From an uncultured Bacilli bacterium (GTDB lineage: Bacteria > Bacillota_I > Bacilli_A > RF39 > UBA660): a DNA stretch of 64,000 nucleotides. Positions 9,433 to 17,300 of the stretch are shown here, piece by piece (within the stretch, counting starts at the first letter, position 1; each line of letters starts with the position of its first letter). The stretch is from positions 8,868-72,867 of the forward strand of contig CAKOXP010000006.1 in the NCBI GenBank assembly GCA_934130175.1, given 5' to 3'. The position numbers were made by a program, and so were the translations under genes. The notes below the pieces were generated by a model. That model did not search any database. It was given only the letters and a program-made list of their open reading frames with translations, and was not told the origin of the DNA.

Positions 9433-9962
9433 TTCCAATTACTAATGGAAAAGGTAGTAAAGAATTAATCAATGGTTCATATGATGTAGTAGCTGATGTT
9501 GAAGGATATGATAATTCAACTATAAATCCTGCTACCCAAGAAATTACGGAGGCAGCTACTTCATATAATTTTACTATTAAAGCATCTGGGACTTTAACAT
9601 TACATGTAACTGATGATGGTACAGATGTTGGAGTTCCTGTAGAAGGAGCAGTATTTTATAGATGTGATTATGTTGGTAATGTTTATGGAGACCCAATAAT
9701 TACAGATGAAGAAGGTAATGCTGTATTAAAAAGTGTTCCCTATTCTACCTCAGGAAATCCACCAACTGTTTATTTTAAACAAACAAAATCTGATGGAGAA
9801 CACACCTTCGATGATGCATTACAAGGTGAAGAGTTAGATACTGATAGTAAAACGGTTGAAATCAGAAATTCAGATGCTACTTTAAGAAGTATTAATTTAA
9901 CTGATGCTACATACGCTAATTTACCAATAGCTGATGGTAATTTAACATTCAAAGAACAATAA
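9414..9962 (+). CDS. Cna-B/prealbumin-like fold protein (182 aa), no signal peptide
   Basis: GTLTLHVTDDGTDVGVPVEGAVFYRCD...GDPIITDEEGNAVLKSVPY...YFKQTKSDGEHT resembles SpaA/Cna-B type domains; AAAGGAG RBS; 19-nt overlap with upstream gene. Confidence 0.5.
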   Translation: MGKEHVVPITNGKGSKELINGSYDVVADVEGYDNSTINPATQEITEAATSYNFTIKASGTLTLHVTDDGTDVGVPVEGAVFYRCDYVGNVYGDPIITDEEGNAVLKSVPYSTSGNPPTVYFKQTKSDGEHTFDDALQGEELDTDSKTVEIRNSDATLRSINLTDATYANLPIADGNLTFKEQ

Positions 9963-9967
9963 TTAAA

Positions 9968-9993
9968 AATCTCAACTAATTTTAGTTGAGATT
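9968..9993. terminator. Bidirectional intrinsic terminator
   Basis: AATCTCAACTA-ATTT-TAGTTGAGATT between convergent genes. Confidence 0.65.
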
Positions 9994-10511
9994 TATTTAT
10001 TTTCAAGTAGTAGTTTTATTATTTCATCTTTATCTTTAAAAATAGAATCTTGAAGAATGAATTTTTGCTTAATATTGAAAAAATACTTTAGAAGTAAAAT
10101 ATCATTTACTCTATATTTAACCCCTTGTTTCTTTAAATATCTGCAAGTAAATAATTTACATGAAATAGATTTAATAGTACAATGCCCATTTTTAAAGTTT
10201 TTACATAGACCTCTTTTAGTACCATAACAACAACCATTTAAAGATTCTCTACAATGACCATTATTTCTTACCGATATACATCTATTATTCTCAAAACAAC
10301 AAATATTTTTATTTTGAAATTCATTATCCAGATATGTACAAACAACATCATAAATATAAGAATATCTTTTTTCTAAATCTTTTTCATTGGAAGCTATTAT
10401 TATTTGTTTTTTTACTAAATCAGTTGTATTACTTTTTAAATAAACACTTTTATTCTTATATTTTTTGATGTTTTTATAAAAATTTTCATCATCTTTAATA
10501 AATATATCCAT
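9993..10511 (-). CDS. Cysteine-rich cytoplasmic protein, YkgJ-like Zn/Fe cysteine-cluster candidate
   Basis: 14 Cys in 70 aa: NICCFENNRCISVRNNGHCRESLNGCCYGTKRGLCKNFKNGHCTIKSISCKLFTC; no signal peptide. Confidence 0.45.
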   Translation of the reverse strand: MDIFIKDDENFYKNIKKYKNKSVYLKSNTTDLVKKQIIIASNEKDLEKRYSYIYDVVCTYLDNEFQNKNICCFENNRCISVRNNGHCRESLNGCCYGTKRGLCKNFKNGHCTIKSISCKLFTCRYLKKQGVKYRVNDILLLKYFFNIKQKFILQDSIFKDKDEIIKLLLENK

Positions 10512-10596
10512 ACTACCCTAACACCATCATTTCTAAAATATCTATTACTATAAATTATATTTTAATTATACCCTATTACCATTATTTATTAAATAT

Positions 10597-11430
10597 TTAT
10601 TTTTTCTTTTGATAGACCATAACTCCACTATCATCAGATTTCTGAAAACTAAAATTATCACTAGTATAGATATTTCTAAAATGTTTATTAACATCATATA
10701 AATAAGAAATAATAATTCCATCATCACTTAGATTAAAACTATCTAAAAGTTTTAAGTAAGTATCTGGATTATTAAGTCTACCATAATATAAAATACTTGA
10801 AAGATTTACTAGGTCATAACAATCTGTAAATTTGACTTTAAAACTTCCTAAATCAGTATTAACATATTTCAAATGTACATCATCTATTTTTCTTTTTAAT
10901 AATTGATAATTTTCTTTTTCTATATAATGGTTTCTCTTCCTAAAGCCATCTAAGGTATAAACTTCTCTCGAAAAAAGTGATGAGTTATATATTTCATCTC
11001 CATCAAAGAAACCAAATAAATGATCCCAGAATTTAGCTGATTTTGAATCTAAATTAACTCTTAATTTATCATAATATTTATCGCTAAATTCTAATTTTTC
11101 TTCATCAGTTAATATAAAGAAATTTAGATATTCCTCTAATGATAGAGATTTTACAGCTGCTATTTTCAAAGCCGAAAAATAATTTGGAAAAGGACTAATA
11201 TCACAAGCTGTTATATCTTTACTTCCGGCTAAAATACTATTTAAAATTTGATCACCTGAAGCAGTTATTGAAAATATCCTTTCTCTATCTTTTAATAAAT
11301 TAAAATATGAACCAACATCTTCATTTGTAATTTTGTAAATAAAAGATGCATCATGATAGGAAGCCTTCCTTAAAGGATTATAACTACCCGTAATAATTCT
11401 TTGAGCTAATATAACATCTCTATTTTTCAT
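10597..11430 (-). CDS. DUF3419/BtaA-like SAM-dependent transferase family protein
   Basis: IFSITASGDQILNSILAGSKDITACDISPFPNYFSALKIAAVKSLSLEEYLNFF fits the DUF3419 N-terminal pattern; start moved to ATG 11430 behind GAGGGGTAAGG. Confidence 0.5.
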   Translation of the reverse strand: MKNRDVILAQRIITGSYNPLRKASYHDASFIYKITNEDVGSYFNLLKDRERIFSITASGDQILNSILAGSKDITACDISPFPNYFSALKIAAVKSLSLEEYLNFFILTDEEKLEFSDKYYDKLRVNLDSKSAKFWDHLFGFFDGDEIYNSSLFSREVYTLDGFRKRNHYIEKENYQLLKRKIDDVHLKYVNTDLGSFKVKFTDCYDLVNLSSILYYGRLNNPDTYLKLLDSFNLSDDGIIISYLYDVNKHFRNIYTSDNFSFQKSDDSGVMVYQKKK

Positions 11431-11493
11431 ATACCTTACCCCTCTCAAACAAGTAAGTATTATAACAGAAAAAAAGAAAAGAAGCAATCTTTT

Positions 11494-12717
11494 CTAGAAA
11501 TTAAACATTAACCATTCCGGTTTAATCAATAATAAAATTCCAATTATTAGCATCAATATTCCTCCAATTAAATGAGAATATTTATTATATTTTGTTGAAA
11601 TAGCATGAATCTTAGTAGTGGACATTGCAATTAAGAATATAATGATATCATCTATTAAAAAGAAGAATATATAAATAAGTGTATAAATAAATGATTCAAA
11701 TGAAGAAACATTATTAATTGCCAAAAGTTGAGTAAATACTAAGGGTAGGCCTGCAGAACAAGCAAGTTCTATGACATTAACGCTAACTGCTAGGAAAATA
11801 ACTCCACCTAAAGCAATAAATAAACTTTTTTCTTTAGTAAAATCTTTTATCTTATTAATTACTTTTTTACGTCTTTTATCATCTACTACTTCACAACCGC
11901 TATCATTACTCTTGAAGAATGCTCTTAAATTTATAATGGCACCAACAATTGCAATGACACTAATAATATTTCTAAAAATAACCGATGCCATTACATTAAC
12001 AACTATATTAAACCAAGAAAGCATAATTGCCATATAGACAAGTGCCGATGATAATAAGAAAGTAAGACCTAATATCCACATTCTTTTTCTATCTTTCATT
12101 CCAAGAAGCATACTTATTAAGAATAATAATACCCACATAGCACAAGGATTAAATCCATCTACTAAACCAATTAAAGTTGCTGCTGTTGGAAGAGAAAAAT
12201 CTTTTAAATTAATCTTACCTAATATTGGTAATTTAATCTTAGTTGATTCATCAGTTTTTTTATCTGCTTCACTAAATGAATCTTTTATTTCATCTTCATC
12301 AAAAGTACCATTTTTTATTTGAGATACATAATTAACATTTTCCTTTGGATTATCTTTATAATATTTGATTGCTCGCTCGATTCTAACTCCTATACTTTCA
12401 GAATACCCTGAAATTGCTGTTCCAGATATTATAGTTAAAGGAACAGAAGATGTCGCAACATCATACCTATTACCAACTCTATCCATAAGCAGAGCATTAC
12501 TTTTATTTTTCCATACTTCATATCTGATGATTTTTACGTATGAATATTTCTTTTCTATTTTAGCAAGAAATTTTTCTTCTTCAGCACAATGAGGACAGCC
12601 ATCACCATGAAAAAAATATAAATTAACTTGTTCTTTAGCAAAAACATTTTCCACTGAACAAATAATTAAAAATAATAATGAAACGAAAAACAATTTTTTC
12701 TTAGTCATCTTCTTCAC
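11494..12717 (-). CDS. Secreted thioredoxin-fold domain fused to CcdA/DsbD-type membrane thiol-disulfide transporter
   Basis: Signal peptide, then YFFHGDGCPHCAEEEKFL (CxxC), then TM core with FNPCAMWVLLFL and ELACSAGLPL. Confidence 0.7.
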   Translation of the reverse strand: MKKMTKKKLFFVSLLFLIICSVENVFAKEQVNLYFFHGDGCPHCAEEEKFLAKIEKKYSYVKIIRYEVWKNKSNALLMDRVGNRYDVATSSVPLTIISGTAISGYSESIGVRIERAIKYYKDNPKENVNYVSQIKNGTFDEDEIKDSFSEADKKTDESTKIKLPILGKINLKDFSLPTAATLIGLVDGFNPCAMWVLLFLISMLLGMKDRKRMWILGLTFLLSSALVYMAIMLSWFNIVVNVMASVIFRNIISVIAIVGAIINLRAFFKSNDSGCEVVDDKRRKKVINKIKDFTKEKSLFIALGGVIFLAVSVNVIELACSAGLPLVFTQLLAINNVSSFESFIYTLIYIFFFLIDDIIIFLIAMSTTKIHAISTKYNKYSHLIGGILMLIIGILLLIKPEWLMFNF

Positions 12718-12970
12718 CTACTTCATTAATTATATTAAGCATTTCTTCTACACTTTTTTCTCCTATTACTCTTCTTATTTCTTTATCATTATTCATAAAA
12801 ATAAAAACAGGTAATATTTTTCCAGGATTATATTCTTTTACTAGTTCTTCATCCATATCATAATCAAGACTTATAGTTTCTATATCTTTCCTCTTTAAAA
12901 CTTCATTCCAAGTATTATTCATTATTAGACAGCCACTACACCATAGGGCTGTTATTTTAATTACTTTCAT
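12701..12970 (-). CDS. Small thioredoxin-like protein
   Basis: 89 aa, KITALWCSGCLIMN (WCxxC); overlaps both neighbours (14 and 17 nt). Confidence 0.75.
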   Translation of the reverse strand: MKVIKITALWCSGCLIMNNTWNEVLKRKDIETISLDYDMDEELVKEYNPGKILPVFIFMNNDKEIRRVIGEKSVEEMLNIINEVGEEDD

Positions 12971-14090
12971 TAAATAAATCCAACTTTCTCATTTGTTCTT
13001 TAAATACTTTTAAAAATACATCTAGTTCTTCTTTTGTAGTTAAATAACTAAGACTAATTCTTAAACTATGAAGGGCATAATCTTCATTTTTAGTAATTTC
13101 AAATACCCCTATTGAACTTCCACCTTTGGAACAAGCTGTTTGTGTAGAAATATAAATATCTTCACTTTCTAAGGCATGAAGCATAACTTCTGATTTAATA
13201 TTTTTAATACTAATATTTAAAATGTAAGGACTAGATTCTAAACTACTATTAATATGAACACCATCTATTTTAGAAAGTTCTTCTCTTAAATAAGAATTTA
13301 AGCTTTTTACATAATTATATCTATTATCAAAATCCTCGTAAACAAGACGTAATGCTTTAGCAAGGGATGCAATTAACGCTACTGCTGGAGTACCACTACG
13401 ATAAATAGTAGTTGATTTTCCACCATATATTAATGGTTCTATTTTAATATTTTTGTTCTTTATTAAACAACCTACTCCTTTTAACCCATAAAACTTTTGA
13501 GCAGAAAAAGATGCTAAATCAACATTATCTAAATTAAGTTTTATTTTTCCAATAGCTTGAGTTACATCACTATGAAAAATTAGTTTTGGATAATCTTTTA
13601 AAAACTTACCAAGTCTATCAATATCTTGAATAATACCAAGCTCACTATTAACACATCCAATACTTACTAAAACAGTGTCATCTCTAATTAGTTTTTTCAA
13701 GTTTTCGATAGTCACTAATCCATTTTCGTCTAAATCAACAAATGAGACTTCATAGCCTTCATTTTGTAAAGCAGATATTGGTGCAATAATAGAAGAATGT
13801 TCTAATCTCGTTGTAATGATATGATGTCCTCTATTAGGATATTTTTTAACTACTCCTATAATAGCTGTATTATTAGCTTCACTTGCTCCACTTGTATAAA
13901 TAACTTCTTTATCATGTAATTTCAAAATATCCTCGATTTGTCTTGTTGAAGCATCAATTAATTCTTTAGCTTCAACTCCAAGTTTGTGTAATGAATTAGG
14001 ATTACCAACAAAATTTCTACTTACCTTACAAAATGTATCAAGGACTTCATCATTTACCGGTGTTGTTGCTGAATAATCAAGATATATCAT
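12957..14090 (-). CDS. nifS: Cysteine desulfurase (NifS/IscS class V aminotransferase)
   Basis: IYLDYSATTP, HSDVTQAIGK, SFSAQKFYGLKGVG (PLP lysine), TQTACSKG (catalytic Cys); start moved to ATG 14090 behind AGGAG. Confidence 0.85.
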   Translation of the reverse strand: MIYLDYSATTPVNDEVLDTFCKVSRNFVGNPNSLHKLGVEAKELIDASTRQIEDILKLHDKEVIYTSGASEANNTAIIGVVKKYPNRGHHIITTRLEHSSIIAPISALQNEGYEVSFVDLDENGLVTIENLKKLIRDDTVLVSIGCVNSELGIIQDIDRLGKFLKDYPKLIFHSDVTQAIGKIKLNLDNVDLASFSAQKFYGLKGVGCLIKNKNIKIEPLIYGGKSTTIYRSGTPAVALIASLAKALRLVYEDFDNRYNYVKSLNSYLREELSKIDGVHINSSLESSPYILNISIKNIKSEVMLHALESEDIYISTQTACSKGGSSIGVFEITKNEDYALHSLRISLSYLTTKEELDVFLKVFKEQMRKLDLFNESN

Positions 14091-14350
14091 ATACTTCACA
14101 CTCCTATTAATCATTATAACACACTATGATACTAATTTAAAATAAAGAAAAATAATAACATCATCTGTGTTAACTCATAAATTTTTAGAATGTATTTAAC
14201 TCAACTTATTTTACAATAATATTAAGTAAGTTCTTCATATAGTATTTTATCTTTTAATCACAAAAAAAACGACTAAAGTCATTTTTAAATAAATGTTCAA
14301 TAATCGTTTTAGTTTTATTATGTATTATGGTAACTTCACTCTTGAAAATA

Positions 14351-17300
14351 TTAATCTACCTTTTTTACTTTTATGACTGGTCTTATCCCAATATTTTTGC
14401 TAGAATTTGAAAGGTTGTAGACTGTTTTCTTAGAACATGTACCAGTCGCATAATATCTTGTTGTACTATTTTTTGAAACAGTATGTTTTATATTTTCATT
14501 TGAACCACTAAAGCTACCAAAATTAAATTGATATACAGTAGTGTTTTGCGTTGGATAACAATAACCACTACCAAATGTTCCTGACGTGTTATTACTAATA
14601 TTTTGGATTAATGCCTCTCTAGCTGTAGTTGTTGCTACATAAACACTATCTCCACCACAAACTGCCTTAACTCTTCTTAAATAATTATATGCATTTGGAC
14701 TACCATCAGCATAATCTGTAGAACCACAATTATTATTAAAATAGTTTGTGTAAAATCCTATGTCATTAGTTGAAGTAAATACTACATTACCATCAATAAC
14801 GGAAACAATATTACCAGTCGAATAACTACTAGTATAATTTTGACTATCAGAAACACTGTAACTAAATGTTGAAGAGCCACTAGATGAATTGCAATAATTT
14901 AACGTTCCACTACTTGTACTTCCAACAGTATAATTTCTCTTGCAGGTAATAGCAGTTCCACCTATAGATACACTCCAACTTGAATATGCTTGTGTTCCTG
15001 GTGATGTTATAGTTTTTGAAGAAGAGGTTGTACCATAATATGAACCTGTAGTAGAAGATGAATAACTTGAACCAGGTATTGATAAAGAACTAGAAGATGA
15101 TGATAAAGAATCTATGGTTGAACTAGCAGATTTTAATGTTGTTGCCAATGATGTAGTAGATAAAGATCTTGCGCTATACCCTGCATAGTAATTCTGGGAT
15201 GAGGTTGAATATTTAGTATACGTATATCCTTTGGTTCCTTCAGGATTAGCTATATACATACTATTTCCAGATGAAATTGTCCCTGTCCAAAAAGGTGTAG
15301 AACTAGAGTTACTTATATTAGTTGATAATTCTGAACTTAACGGTAACCTTGTATAATCTGTATAATTTGATGAACCATTTGTAAATGTCATTTTAAATAA
15401 GCCACCGTTAGTTTTATCATTATTTATTACACCATTGTTTGTTATCAAATTATTTGCTTTAGTATATGCATTATTGCTGTTTGACCAGGAAGAATTAGAA
15501 CCGTATTCACCAGTTGCATAATTTCCATCATATATTAATGTTACACTATCTGTATCACTGGATAAAACTTTCCAATTACTAGCTGCGTATGTAATTATAT
15601 CTCCTGCATTATATGTTACTGATGAAGGTACTCCTGTTATTGTAGTAGTGTTTTCAATATTGCTACATGTAGACAATCCAACACCATTTATTGAACATAT
15701 TTGATAATAATAAGTAGTATATTTGTTTGTTGGTATTGTACAGCTAGTACTACTACTTGATAATGAAATTGAAGAACCTAATGTTTCATCAGTACCATAA
15801 TTACATGTATATTTTGATATTCCACTTTCAGCATCAAAGCCCCCTGTGTAGTCAATAACTAAGCTTGTACCATTATTTGAAACACTAGAAATGCTAACAG
15901 CGTTTGGTGGAGTATTATCTTGTGCTTTTGCAATTAGTGTAACATCACTATTCAAAGTATAATTAGATAATTTTTCGCCTGAATTTCCTATTTTTGTCCC
16001 TGTTGAATTATACCAGCCAGTTGGAATATATCCATTATTAGCCACTATAGTTGGTAATGTTACATAAGTAGGTATACATGTTGAAATTCCTGATGAATCA
16101 AATGTACAGCTTGTTGCTGATCCCGTAGTTGTAAATGATGTTGAGTTAGAGCTTATTGATGATACCTGTGAACCTTTTACATATGTTATTGTATAAACTC
16201 TTCCCTTTACCTCTATATTTCCTGTAGTTATTTTATCATTTTTATTTCCTGAATTATCACTTATTATTCCTTGTTTTAGACTTACATTAAAGCTTCCTAC
16301 ACTTTCTCCCTTCAACGTTAATACATAACTATAGCCATTTGTTACTGCTACTTTATTTCCTATACTTACTATACTTCCTGATACATTTGATACTTCAAAG
16401 TCTGTTCTTGTCAAATCCTTTTGGACTATCTTACTTCCTGAATCTGTACATGTCATTGTTATGGTTGTTGTGTTCCCTGTAGTTATACTTCCACTTGTTG
16501 TATAACTGCATTTTGGTTTTGTTTCATCTTTCCATACCGCATAAAGATTTACTACCCCTAAATCTTTCTTTGTTAAATCTTTTACTGTTTGTTTATCATT
16601 ATATTCTACTGTTGTACTTTCTTTTGTTGTTGTCCATCCTTTAAATGTATATCCTTCTTTACTTACTAAGCTACTTGCTTCTGTTAATTCATAACTTGAT
16701 CCTACAATTGCATTCGTTGTTCCTTTTTTTGTATCTCCATCATAATAGTTTATTGTATATGAATTTCCTGTTAAAGCTCTTGCATAATATATTTTATTAT
16801 TACTTGTTACTTTTTCACCACTACTACTCCCCGTTGTTGCATCACTACTTACTCCAAAGAATCCTTTCTTATATCCTTCCTCTACCTCTATTGTTGGACT
16901 TTCTACCATACAACTTGTTGCTTGCACTTCTCCATTATATGTTTCATTTATAAAACAGCTCGTCTTTATACTTTCTTTTTCACTTGTTATACTATTACTT
17001 CCAAGACTTAGTTTTGTTACATGACTATTTTCTACTATCTTGAACTCTACTTCTTTTTCTACCTTATCCTTTTTTGTTTGAGCATAATATTTACCATTTT
17101 CTCCTACTTCTTTTGCATCATTACTACTCCAATCATTTACGTATCTACTACTTTCTGTTGAATATCCTATTACCGTTGGTGTTTCTGTACTAGCTCCTAT
17201 TATTGGAGATGTTATACTACATGTTTTATTTTGACTTTCTCCATTATATGTTATTGGTATTGTGCAACTTTTCTCTATTATGTCATCCTCTTTGCCTGAC

